From a virus: a DNA stretch of 64,000 bases. This document shows, piece after piece, positions 45,558 through 55,096 of this stretch. The notes under the pieces were generated by a model. That model was not told the origin of the DNA and did not search any database. It saw nothing but the letters and a program-made list of their open reading frames with translations. A program made the translations under genes and the position numbers. The DNA is taken from the IMG/VR virus record IMGVR_UViG_3300036801_000174, positions 9,383-73,382 of that record; one strand, written 5' to 3'. Position 1 is the stretch's first letter. Every line of letters starts with the position of its first letter.

Positions 45558-45725
45558 ATGACCGCTGACGTGCTGGTTCCCCCCGCCTGCCCGGACCTGC
45601 GCGCCGCTCCCCTGGCGCAGCTGCCAGCCCTGGTCGCGGCCCTGGCTCCCGTGCTCGAGCGGCTGATGCCGGAAGTGCCGGTTGCCACGATCGTGCCGGT
45701 GGCGGCCTTCCAGTCGGCTATCTGA
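45558..45725 (+). CDS. FxSxx-COOH family peptide (FxsA-like RiPP precursor)
   Basis: PDLRAAPLAQL...LERL...VAAFQSAI-COOH; leaderless after TAGGCT. Confidence 0.75.
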   Translation: MTADVLVPPACPDLRAAPLAQLPALVAALAPVLERLMPEVPVATIVPVAAFQSAI

Positions 45726-46075
45726 CACTTGTCCTGTTATGCGTAGCGGCGTGACCTGGCGCCGTGGCCGCATCGACCCGCCGTTCTGGTGGCGTCCCTG
45801 GATCACGCCATGGAGCGCGTGGCTGGACTGGTGGACGCGGCCGAGGCCGGTCACGGCCAAGGACTTGCGCAAGACAGGTCCACCCTGACCGGCCAGTACA
45901 AGACGCGCTAATCGCCCCCGCATAAAAGGCCCAATGGTCTACCGCAAAACCGGCGCATGGGATTTCGCCCCCGCACAGTAGCGAATCGCTTTCAATCCGC
46001 GACATCCCGGCGTACTCTCCCAAGCGGGCCATTGCTCGCGGCAAAGCAATCGCCAAGGGGAGGAACCGCAGCGCC

Positions 46076-46504
46076 ATGACTGATCCGCTGCCAGGCGCGT
46101 CAATAGGCGCCCCGCACGAACTGATCTCCTTATACGAGGACTACGGCACCCGGTGGCAAATCTCACCAGTCTGCGACGGGGACAGCGGCTACCACCTCGA
46201 GGCACGGCCCCGGCCGCCCGTCGAGGACTTCGAGCCCGTCACCGCGGACACCCCAGCGGAGATGCGGGAACTGCTCACCGCCCGTGAAGCCCGCCCGGCC
46301 AGCGACGAGGGCGCACGGGTCCGCGCCGACATCGCCCGCCAGCTGGCCCGCGACTTCCCCGGCTGGGACGTCGGCTGTGACCCGGCCGGGTGGGTGGCCC
46401 GCAGAGGGCACCGGGCACTGTGGGCCGGGTCCGCGGTAGCACTCGGGGCGAAGATCGCGGCAGAGAGCGGCCAGTACACCCGGCCCCGGTTACGGGAGCC
46501 ATAG
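46076..46504 (+). CDS. Hypothetical protein
   Basis: GGAGG RBS; LARDFPGWDV motif. Confidence 0.6.
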   Translation: MTDPLPGASIGAPHELISLYEDYGTRWQISPVCDGDSGYHLEARPRPPVEDFEPVTADTPAEMRELLTAREARPASDEGARVRADIARQLARDFPGWDVGCDPAGWVARRGHRALWAGSAVALGAKIAAESGQYTRPRLREP

Positions 46505-46653
46505 TGCCGGGCTGGTTCTGGCCGTTCATCGGCATCTCCGCCGTGGTCTTCGCGATGGGCGTGGCCGTGGCCAGCATGCGCAGCAAGGGCCGTCACGCGG
46601 GCGGGGAGCAGTACCAGGACCAGCCGGGCTGGTGGACGGACTGGGATCCCTAG
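46504..46653 (+). CDS. Small membrane protein
   Basis: TAGTG overlap; one TM. Confidence 0.5.
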   Translation: MPGWFWPFIGISAVVFAMGVAVASMRSKGRHAGGEQYQDQPGWWTDWDP

Positions 46654-46849
46654 AGCGGGCATGGCAGCCCTGCCTCGTCCTGGCCGCCGTCACGGTCAGG
46701 GCCTCCCGGGGCGCGGCTGCCATGCCTTCCACGTCCCGGTGGCGGGTGGCGTATGGATGCGCACATGACACTTGTCCGCTGAGCGGGAAGTCGACTGGGA
46801 GACATCCGCCACCGGGACTACGATGCCACGACCAGTCCAAGGGGGGACC

Positions 46850-47203
46850 GTGACCGAGATCGATGACGACCTGCTGGCCGCGCTGATGCGCCGGGCCGAC
46901 CCGGTTGCCGCTGCTCTCGCCGAGGAGTTCGGCCTGGAGGCGTGCGACGGTGGCTACCGGGTCAAGGACACCGGCACGCACTGGGTTGATGTGACGCGCC
47001 AGATCTACAACTGGCGGATCTGCCGCATCCCCAGGAACTCGCCGATGACATGGGACCGGGGCTGGTGCTATGCAGGGACCGGCCCGGCATCGTTCACGGC
47101 GGCTGTCCTCGCTGCGATGGCGTGGGACGGTGCCGACGGCAGCGAGCCTGCCGGGTGGAACAAGAACATCCAGACCGGTGAGTGGCGACCGCCAGCGAGT
47201 TAG
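46850..47203 (+). CDS. Hypothetical phage protein
   Basis: DRGWCY...AA.AWDG...EPAGWNK. Confidence 0.65.
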   Translation: MTEIDDDLLAALMRRADPVAAALAEEFGLEACDGGYRVKDTGTHWVDVTRQIYNWRICRIPRNSPMTWDRGWCYAGTGPASFTAAVLAAMAWDGADGSEPAGWNKNIQTGEWRPPAS

Positions 47204-47285
47204 TCTGCCGCAGCGGTGGCCGGGCGCGCGCGGTTGTCCGGTCGCCGCTGCAGCTCAAAGACGCACCGAGGGAAAGGGGCTACGC

Positions 47286-47639
47286 ATGACCGAGCACACG
47301 ACGGCCAAACTGGCGAAGGCACTCAGTGGCATCCCCGGAGTACCGCGCGAGATGATCCAGCGGGCCGTGGACGGCTACTACCACGATTACCTCTCGCCGC
47401 TGGCCCTCCCGGAGGTTCAGCTGGTGAGCGACCTGCGGGATCTCGCCTCACGGCCAGCGACACCACGTGACTCCCGGCCGCTGCTGAAAGCGCTCGCGCA
47501 GGCTGTCATCGACGGCGAGCACGACGCGACCAAGGAAGAGTCCGACGCCTGGGCCGCGTCTCCAGATGGCCAGGAGACGTTCCGCCAGTTGCGCGATGAC
47601 GTCACCTTCGGCGGCATGGTCCGCGACATGGACCGCTAG
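47286..47639 (+). CDS. Hypothetical phage protein
   Basis: GYYHDYLSPLALP...GEHDATKEESDAWAASPDGQ. Confidence 0.65.
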   Translation: MTEHTTAKLAKALSGIPGVPREMIQRAVDGYYHDYLSPLALPEVQLVSDLRDLASRPATPRDSRPLLKALAQAVIDGEHDATKEESDAWAASPDGQETFRQLRDDVTFGGMVRDMDR

Positions 47640-47649
47640 CCTTGCGGCC

Positions 47650-47829
47650 ATGATGAACCCGACCTATCACTTCACCCGGATGCGGGAACTGCTAGAAGAG
47701 TTCGAGCCCTCCCGCGAGCGCTCGCTGGCTGCCACGAAGCTCGACGAGTGCGAGATGTGGCTGGACCGCTGCAGCCCCACGGAAGAGGCGCGCAACCGCG
47801 ACATGGCCGCTCCTGCGCCCCGGGCCTGA
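47650..47829 (+). CDS. Acb2/Tad1-like helical hairpin protein
   Basis: SRERSLAATKLDECEMWL; leaderless after TAGCCT. Confidence 0.55.
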   Translation: MMNPTYHFTRMRELLEEFEPSRERSLAATKLDECEMWLDRCSPTEEARNRDMAAPAPRA

Positions 47830-47941
47830 GTGCGCCTGGGCCAGCCTTATCCCCGGTGCCTGAGCGGCCCCGTCAGTCTCACGTCTGGCGGGGCGCTCCG
47901 CTGTCCGGGGGCCAGCGCGAGCGAATCACTAGACTGGATTC

Positions 47942-48235
47942 GTGACTCCGAGCGAGACCGAAGCGCAGAACGCCATCAACGCCGCTGGTGCGGCATCGTC
48001 GGCTGAGTACCTGCGGCGCCTGAAGGCAATGCCGCGCTGGCGTCAGTGGCTCGTGGGCAAACTCGCCCCGCGCTGGCCCTTCACGGTCGCCCAGGCCCCG
48101 CCCGGCGTGATTGAACTGACCAAGCCTCTTGACGTGCCGCCCGGCGTCATCCTCACAGGGACCGTCGCTGACTCTGCCGAGATGGCCGCCTACCAGGAAG
48201 CGTCGAACGAACTGCACTACCTGACGGGAGACTGA
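47942..48235 (+). CDS. Hypothetical protein (leaderless)
   Basis: TAGACT-6-GTG. Confidence 0.55.
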   Translation: MTPSETEAQNAINAAGAASSAEYLRRLKAMPRWRQWLVGKLAPRWPFTVAQAPPGVIELTKPLDVPPGVILTGTVADSAEMAAYQEASNELHYLTGD

Positions 48236-48253
48236 CCCAGCGCGGGCGGCCAC

Positions 48254-48496
48254 TCAGCCATCCGGAGGGCTGGCCACGAAAGTCCCCCAGCCGGGCCTCA
48301 TCACGGCAAGCCGCTCGTCGACCAGCACCTTGAGCGCCTTCCTGGCTGTCAGCGCAGCCACTCCAGTCTCCTGCACAATCCGCTCCGCTGACGGCAGCCG
48401 GGACCGCGGCGGGTAGGTGCCGTCGCGGATGCCCTCGCGCAGCTGGGCCGCGATCTGCTGGTAGGGCGGCACGTCGCTGTCCCGGTCGACCTCCAT
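48254..48496 (-). CDS. GntR-family regulator (HTH only)
   Basis: PPYQQIAAQLREGIRDG...LPS...GWGTFV. Confidence 0.85.
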   Translation of the reverse strand: MEVDRDSDVPPYQQIAAQLREGIRDGTYPPRSRLPSAERIVQETGVAALTARKALKVLVDERLAVMRPGWGTFVASPPDG

Positions 48497-48583
48497 GATC
48501 GCAACCGTACGCGGGCACTGTGGACGGGTCTGGACCGTATTGCACCATGGCGGAATATGGTCCGCTAGGGCTAGGATTGCCGC

Positions 48584-48796
48584 ATGGCAGGCCCCGACCC
48601 CGCCAGCCCCGTGCCGGCAGCCACACTCCGCGGCGACTGGTTCACCCGGGGCTGGACAGTGAGCAGCGACGGCACGCAAGCCACAGCCCCGGACGGCACA
48701 CGCGTGACCGCCAGCTCCCCGGCAGTCCTGAGAGTGTTCATCCACGCCGCGTGGTGGGACCGGCAGGTCGGGGAAGTTGTGAGTTCAAGAACTTAA
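48584..48796 (+). CDS. Hypothetical protein (leaderless)
   Basis: TAGGAT-6-ATG. Confidence 0.5.
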   Translation: MAGPDPASPVPAATLRGDWFTRGWTVSSDGTQATAPDGTRVTASSPAVLRVFIHAAWWDRQVGEVVSSRT

Positions 48797-49205
48797 GAAC
48801 CCGCTGACGACCAGGTTGCCGCCACATGGCAGGAACTACGGAAATCTTTGCCAATAGCCCCACCAGGGCCATACCTTAGATGCCCAAAGGTCTGAGCCGC
48901 CAGAGGTCAGACATCCGGCACCTCCGGCGGCCACCAATGACGCCGCGGCGGCGGGCGGTGAACTGACGGCCTGGCCGGCACGCACTCCCGGCAAGGAGGG
49001 CAACGGCCGGGACGACCACCCCCGCCGCCACGGCCCTCGCATCTTCCCGGCGATCTTCCTGCGGCGACGTCTCAAGGTGTGTCACCCTTGACTCTGCGTG
49101 ATGCGCCGGTTACCTGGCGTTGCCCTCCTTGCCGACACACCAGCCGCCGCCCTCCGGATACGGGGCGGGGCTGCGTGTGGCTGGCGTGGTCTACGTGACG
49201 GGGGC

Positions 49206-49541
49206 ATGGCGGTGCGACTCAGGGCGGCATGGGCCGCAGCAGGAGCGTTGTGGGCGGCACAGCTCGCCGAGGGCGTGCTTGCGCCGGGCCTGCTCAATGC
49301 CGAACTGGGCCTGCTGCTTGACAGCCTCACGATCGTCGTGACCGTGACCCTCGTCGGCTGGCACCTGCTCGACAGGTGCGGCCTGCGGCCAGCCGTGACA
49401 CGCGCTGAGTATGAAGCCAACCGGGACGACATCGAGATGTTCAAGCGTAACTTCAGCCGGGCCAGGCAGGGTATCAAGGAGGCCACCGGGCCCGCAGGCC
49501 AGCCACTGCGGTGCGTCCGCGATGATGAGGCGGCCGGCTAA
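49206..49541 (+). CDS. Membrane protein
   Basis: Two hydrophobic segments. Confidence 0.5.
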   Translation: MAVRLRAAWAAAGALWAAQLAEGVLAPGLLNAELGLLLDSLTIVVTVTLVGWHLLDRCGLRPAVTRAEYEANRDDIEMFKRNFSRARQGIKEATGPAGQPLRCVRDDEAAG

Positions 49542-49993
49542 GCGCCCTTGGCCTCCTCCGTCTGGTCCTCTCCGGCGCGTATCTCGGCGATCCGCTCACG
49601 GGCCCAGTCCACGATGCCCAGCCTGAGGTCGTAGTCCATGGCCTCGTCTTGCAGGATGTCCCTGAAGCTGGCCGGGTCGCCCGGCAGCAAGCCGGGGAGG
49701 TCCGGCTCCTCGCGGCGCTCGATCTCCCGCAGGATCTCGGCCGCGTCTGACCTCCCGGCTTCGTCAAGGCGGCCCGGGGTGACGCCGACCGCGTGAGCCA
49801 TGTGGGCGAGGGTCACCGCCCTGGCCACGACGGGCTCGTAGGTGCCCTGGCGGGACTCGTAGCCGCTCTCGATCTGCGACCAGCGCGCCTTGCTGACGCC
49901 CGCCTCCCGCGCCGCGTCGGCGGTCCTGGTGTGCGCCGCCTCCCGGGCCAGCCTGATGAGAACGGCTTCGGGGGGCGGTTGCGGTTTGCTCAT
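49538..49993 (-). CDS. Immunity repressor (XRE-HTH)
   Basis: AAREAGVSKARWSQIESGY...TLAHMAHAVGVTP.RL.EAGR.DAA; divergent from cro-like gene. Confidence 0.8.
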   Translation of the reverse strand: MSKPQPPPEAVLIRLAREAAHTRTADAAREAGVSKARWSQIESGYESRQGTYEPVVARAVTLAHMAHAVGVTPGRLDEAGRSDAAEILREIERREEPDLPGLLPGDPASFRDILQDEAMDYDLRLGIVDWARERIAEIRAGEDQTEEAKGA

Positions 49994-50020
49994 GCGCTGC
50001 CTCAGTCCGTAGGTCACCCG

Positions 50021-50137
50021 CTGAACTGTACTGAACATATCGCACTGGACAAGCCACGCCGCACTTGCTAAACAATCTTGCAAATTCTGAACGGACTAGC
50101 TTGCCAACCCTGTTCAGTTCAGTCTAGTCTGTTCATC
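50021..50137. promoter_or_regulatory. Genetic-switch operator/promoter region
   Basis: AT-richer; repeated CTGAAC/GTTCAG half-sites; TTGCCA-18-TAGTCT-7-ATG. Confidence 0.6.
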
Positions 50138-50401
50138 ATGACCGATGGAACACAATCAGTCAATCCGGGACCAGGCGGAGCAATCGCCCAGCACCCGGAA
50201 CGGCTCAAGTGGCGGCGCACCGCCAGGGGGCTCGGCCTCAATGAAGCCGCCCGCCGGGCCGAGGTATCCAAGGCCCACCTGTCCATGCTTGAGCGCGGCA
50301 TCCACGGCGCTTCGCCAGCCGTCCTGCGGCGTCTCGCGAAGCTCTACAAGTGCAAGATCGCTGACCTCATGCCTGATGACCCTGGCAAGCGTGCGGCATG
50401 A
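50138..50401 (+). CDS. Cro-like XRE-HTH regulator
   Basis: LNEAARRAEVSKAHLSMLERG. Confidence 0.8.
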   Translation: MTDGTQSVNPGPGGAIAQHPERLKWRRTARGLGLNEAARRAEVSKAHLSMLERGIHGASPAVLRRLAKLYKCKIADLMPDDPGKRAA

Positions 50402-52141
50402 CACTCACCGAGGCCCGCGAGCGCATCGGCGAAGAGGTCATCTACCGGGCGCATGGCGCCATCGCCGAGGACGGCACGATCTCCAGCGTCGGCGAGCGCT
50501 TCGTCTTCGTACGCTACGCCGGGGACCGGCACTCCAAGGCCACCGATCCGGCAGCACTCACCCTGCTGGCAGGTGCCGCATGAGCACCCTCGCAGCGTCC
50601 GAGCCCATGGACTACATCTGCCTCGACTGCAAGGGCCACTTCCAGTCCTTCAGCATCTCGCCCGATACCTGCCCGCTGTGCGGTGCAGATTTCCGCGAGC
50701 GCGATTGCGCCGACGACGACCTGGACGTGACATGACCGCCAAGCAGGTCCGGAACGACGCAGAGATACGCCTTGGCGGAGCCGACGCGGCGAAGCTCTGG
50801 CGGATGACGAGCAGCAACGCACGCGGTCTCATCGGCCCGCTCGTGACGACGCTCACCTACCTGGACGAACAGGACAGCAGCAAGGAGACCGACGCGGCCT
50901 AGACATGCCACGGGCCCGCGTCAGCAGCGCGGGCCCGGCACGGCGAAACCGAGAACAGATTACCAGAAAGAGGCGAAACCAAGTGAACGACCCGATCATG
51001 ACCCATCCTCCGGGCGCGGAACTCACCGCCCCCGGCATGGGCGCTCACATCCCGTTCAACTGCACTCCGCATGCGGGCGACGCCTGTCTCTGCAACGGCG
51101 TTCCGTCCGTCGTCCTCGTCATCGGCGAGATCTGCGGCCGGGACATCGCCCTGGTCATCACTGACCCGTCCGTCCTCGCTGAGCTTGAGTACGCGGCCCG
51201 GCTGGCGAACGCCCGGCTGGCGATGTGGGGTCAGGACCACAAGGAGGCTGCCGCATGAGCGTCAGCGCCACCCTCACCGACGATCCGTCCGGCGTGAAAC
51301 TGACCGTCTACCGCGGCCCTGCTCTCCCTGGCGGCAGCATGCGCACCCGCTACAAGCTCACCAAGACCGACGGCTCGGAGATCGATCTCGGCATCACCGA
51401 GTGGCTTGGGGTGGTCCACCTGGCCGAGCGCTGGGGTGAGGTCTCATGACCGGCCCCGAGCACTACCGCGAGGCCGAAGCGACGCTTAAGCACGCTGAGA
51501 CCTGCGGCTTCCCCCTGGCGCAGCAGACGATCATCTACCGCTGCGCCCAGGTCCACGCCACTCTCGCTCTCGCTGCCGCTACGGCCATGAACTTCCCTGT
51601 CGGCGACGGCATGACCCAGGCAGAGCGGACGGCATGGCGCGAGGCGGCGGGGACGCGGGCCAAGGCAGGTGTCTTCAATGCCTGAGGCCACTACCTTCCG
51701 CATCTCCACGTACCGCAAACTCGCCAAGGGCGAGCTCGGGCTCACACAGGCGGCCAGCAACCGCGTGGCCGCAAGCGAAGCGCTCGCTTGGGTGCTGAAC
51801 GAACTGCCCGATGATGCCTGGACCGTCACCCATGACGACTCCGGCGACGTCGCCACCATCGTCATTGACTGGTCGCAGGTTCCGGATTCGATCCGCCACC
51901 CGAAGATCACTGCGGGGCGGCGATGACCGTCACCCTCGCCCCGGCCGTCCTCACTGACGCCCAGCGGGTCCTGCTCGCCGAGGCCATCGAAGACGCCGTT
52001 ACGTACCGCCTGCCAGACGGTGACTGCGCCGCCTGCCAGACCGCGCCGGACCGGACTTGCGGTGAGCACGTCGCTGACCTTGATAAGGCCGTTGCCTACC
52101 GCGTCCTCGCTGAGAACCTGCGTCTGGGGGCGGCGCTGTGA
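50398..52141 (+). CDS. Cluster of ~8 small coupled early genes (50398-50583, 50580-50735, 50732-50902, 50983-51258, 51255-51449, 51446-51685, 51678-51926, 51923-52141)
   Basis: ATGA/GTGA overlaps and high-GC3 codons; functions not recognised. Confidence 0.6.
50911..50937. terminator. GC-rich stem-loop
   Basis: CGGGCCCGCG-tcagcag-CGCGGGCCCG. Confidence 0.45.
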
Positions 52142-52839
52142 CCGAAACCAAACGCTGCTCAACTTGCGGCAAGACGAAGGCCGCCGATGAGTTCGGCTGG
52201 ACGAGCAAGGCAAAGCGCGGGCGCCTGAGCCAGTGCCGCCGTTGCGCTGCCGACGCCGCCCTCAAGCGCTACCACGAGAACCGTGACGCATGTATCGCCC
52301 GGATGCGCAAGTACAAGGCGGAAAACAAGGACCGCCTGCGCGAGCAGGCTGCTGAATACCGGGCCAGGAATCGCGCCCAGCGCCTTGAGCAAGGCCGTCA
52401 GCGCTACGCCGAGAATCGAGAGCAGTACGCAGAACGCTGGGCGCGGTATTACGCGGAGAACCGTGAGCGACTCCTGGAGCGCCATCGCGAATGGGTCGCG
52501 GAGAACAAGGAGCAGCAGGCCGAGTACGGGCACCGGTACTTCCGGGAACTCAAGGGTGCCGTGCTGGCGCACTACGGCGATCCCTGCGCATGCTGCGGCG
52601 GCACTGACCGGCTGAGCATCGACCACGTTAACGGAGACGGGGCCCAGCATCGTGCGGCTGACGGCCTGGGCAGCAGCGATGCCATGTACCGCTGGCTGAT
52701 CAGCAACAACTTCCCGGAGGGCTTTCAGACCCTCTGCTCACGCTGCAACTCAAGCAAGAGCCGCGGCGACCAGTGCCGTCTTGACCATTCACCCGCAGCC
52801 TCCGCGCGGCTGCCCCAGCCCGCAGGGAGCCCGTCATGA
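52138..52839 (+). CDS. HNH endonuclease-like protein
   Basis: CSTC N-terminus, Y..EN.E repeats, CACCG..IDHVNGDG..LCSRCN. Confidence 0.8.
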   Translation: MTETKRCSTCGKTKAADEFGWTSKAKRGRLSQCRRCAADAALKRYHENRDACIARMRKYKAENKDRLREQAAEYRARNRAQRLEQGRQRYAENREQYAERWARYYAENRERLLERHREWVAENKEQQAEYGHRYFRELKGAVLAHYGDPCACCGGTDRLSIDHVNGDGAQHRAADGLGSSDAMYRWLISNNFPEGFQTLCSRCNSSKSRGDQCRLDHSPAASARLPQPAGSPS

Positions 52840-53423
52840 CCGCCCCCGCAATCAAGCCACACGACAGAACCGGGAACGTGATCTTGCAGCCGAAGGAGCC
52901 CGCGGACGTGACCGAGGAGACGCCCGAGCAGTCCTGGCCCAAGCCACGCGGCGCCCACTTCTCCTTCACCGCCGCGATCCTCGTCGACCATCCGCACCTC
53001 GCAGACATTTTCCGCGCCAACCAGGTCCGGCCGCCGACACCGGACGAGGCCGCGATGTACGAGCAGCGGCTCAGCGACCCCAAGTGGGCGTGGTTGCTAG
53101 CCCTGGTTGGCGAGACTCACCCGCTGCGGCCCACGGCTGGTCCTGAGCCCGGGCCGATCGTGATCACACGCGAGGAACTGACCCAGGTCTGGGACGAACA
53201 GCACCCGGCCGAGCCCGCTCCCGTCGCTGCCGATCCTGAGCCCGCAGGTGACCCAGCCGAGGCAGGCGAGGACGTCTCCCCGCAGCCGGAAGCCGCTGAG
53301 CCAGCACCTGACGCCACGCAGGTACTCAACCCGGGCGAGGCCATGACGGCGCTCCTGCCGCCCGTGGAGGCACCCACAGCGATGCTGCCGGTCGCGACAG
53401 ACGAGGACGGGGGCGAGTCATGA
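52836..53423 (+). CDS. Hypothetical Pro/Glu-rich protein
   Basis: ATGA coupling. Confidence 0.55.
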   Translation: MTAPAIKPHDRTGNVILQPKEPADVTEETPEQSWPKPRGAHFSFTAAILVDHPHLADIFRANQVRPPTPDEAAMYEQRLSDPKWAWLLALVGETHPLRPTAGPEPGPIVITREELTQVWDEQHPAEPAPVAADPEPAGDPAEAGEDVSPQPEAAEPAPDATQVLNPGEAMTALLPPVEAPTAMLPVATDEDGGES

Positions 53424-53668
53424 GCACCGCCAGCAGTCAGCAGATGCTCAACATCCTTGCCGATGTCTCAATCGGTCTCGCCATTACGTCGGTGTGCCTG
53501 TTCCTGGTCGTCGCGCTCTGCGCGCTGGCCAAGGGCTACCGCCTGACGGTGTCGCCGCCAGCGCAGCCGAAGCAGGCGCAGCCCAAGCCCACCGTCCCGC
53601 CCGGCATGACGACGCCGGCCCAGCTGGACCGTGACCACGTGGTGAAGCCGGGCGGGGTGAAGTTCTGA
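53420..53668 (+). CDS. Small membrane protein
   Basis: One TM. Confidence 0.55.
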   Translation: MSTASSQQMLNILADVSIGLAITSVCLFLVVALCALAKGYRLTVSPPAQPKQAQPKPTVPPGMTTPAQLDRDHVVKPGGVKF

Positions 53669-54051
53669 TGACGCTCGCAACCCTGCCGAACACCCGCCCC
53701 GTCTTCGTCCAGCGCCTGGACCCAGACCGCAGGGCCATTCTCCTGGCCTGGCTCGCAGCCGAAACCCTCGAGTACCCCGAGCGGCTTCCGCAGGCCGCCC
53801 AGCGCGTCCTGCTGGCCGCGTGGGCCGCCGAGACGCTCCAGGGCGTGGTGCTGCAGGAGGCATGGCTGGAGTACCTGTCAGCGGTCCGGCTGGAAGAGGA
53901 CGTGGACTCCGGGCTCGTTTCGTGGCAGCAGGTCGAGCCTGAGCTGATCTGCCCGGAACCGGCCGAGGTCGTGCGCGAGATGGCGCATGCCGATGCAGCA
54001 GCAGCGCTGAGGATTCTCGTCCTCGGCGACACCAACGGGGGGACTGACTGA
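53668..54051 (+). CDS. Hypothetical protein
   Basis: TGATG coupling. Confidence 0.55.
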   Translation: MTLATLPNTRPVFVQRLDPDRRAILLAWLAAETLEYPERLPQAAQRVLLAAWAAETLQGVVLQEAWLEYLSAVRLEEDVDSGLVSWQQVEPELICPEPAEVVREMAHADAAAALRILVLGDTNGGTD

Positions 54052-54052
54052 C

Positions 54053-55096
54053 ATGGAAGAGGCAGAGATCGTGACGGGGGAACTGGTGCCGGTGTCTCCA
54101 GCGGCCACGCTGGAGGAGTATCGGCCGCGGATCGTGATGGCGCCCGAAGAGGCCAAGGCGCTCGACGGCCAGCTGCGCAGCAACATGCGCGCGGTCCTGC
54201 ACGAGGGCAGCGACTACGGCCAGATTCCCGGTGCCGGGGACAAGCCGGTCCTGCTGAAGCCGGGGGCGGAGAAGCTGCTCCAGTGGTTCGGGTTCGGACA
54301 CGCCATGGAGCGCGCCGAGATCGACACCGACGCGGACGGCGGGCGGCTGGGGGTCACCTACCGCTGCACCGTCACCAAGGGCCTGCCCGATGGCCGCGTG
54401 GTCACCGTGGCCATGTGCGAGGGCTACGCGGGCTACGACGAGGACCGGTTCTTCACCAGCAAGGAGCGCTCCGAGGAGAAGGAACGCGCCAACGCCGAGC
54501 GCTACCGGCGCGCGGTCAACCCGTCGAAGTGCATGGAGTACCGGGCCCCGTGGAACACGGTCATCAAGATGGCGCAGAAGCGCGCCATGGTCGGTGCCGC
54601 GCTCCAGGCCACCAGCGCATCCAGCCTGTTCACGCAGGACATGGAAGACATGGCCAGCGGAGATGCCCAGCCTGCCGCGCTCGCCGCCGCGGGCCGGGCC
54701 GTCGTGGGCGGTCTCCCGCAGGCTGCCAGGACCGCGCTGGACACCTGGTACCAGGGCCAGGGCTGGCCGGGGCCGGACACATGGACCGCCGAGCAGTGGT
54801 GCGCCGCCCTAGTGCAGGCCGGGAAGCTGAGCGCCACTGATGCGCCAACCCAGCCGCAGCCGCCAGCAGGCAACGGGAACGCCCATGCTCCGGCGGCCGA
54901 CGAGAGCGTCATCGCCGAGTGGGGCGCCCGCATCGACGAGATCACCTGCCAGGACGACGCCAGCAAGGTGATTGCTGAACTGACCGAGATCCTGAAGAAG
55001 CGCCGCATGGACCCGGCGACCGCGACCGCGATCCGCAAGGCAGTCAACCTCAAGGCCGCACAGGTCAACGGCCGGGAGCCGGCAGGTGCCCGGTGA
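54053..55096 (+). CDS. Putative single-strand annealing recombinase
   Basis: DYGQIPG..KPVLLKPGAEKL...NTVIKMAQKRA...SSLFTQD; adjacent to exonuclease. Confidence 0.6.
   Translation: MEEAEIVTGELVPVSPAATLEEYRPRIVMAPEEAKALDGQLRSNMRAVLHEGSDYGQIPGAGDKPVLLKPGAEKLLQWFGFGHAMERAEIDTDADGGRLGVTYRCTVTKGLPDGRVVTVAMCEGYAGYDEDRFFTSKERSEEKERANAERYRRAVNPSKCMEYRAPWNTVIKMAQKRAMVGAALQATSASSLFTQDMEDMASGDAQPAALAAAGRAVVGGLPQAARTALDTWYQGQGWPGPDTWTAEQWCAALVQAGKLSATDAPTQPQPPAGNGNAHAPAADESVIAEWGARIDEITCQDDASKVIAELTEILKKRRMDPATATAIRKAVNLKAAQVNGREPAGAR

Noticed and set aside
48691-48701. 11-nt match (GGACGGCACAC) to the predicted TnpB guide
   Set aside because: Too short to be meaningful in a 64-kb high-GC sequence and no recognisable TAM
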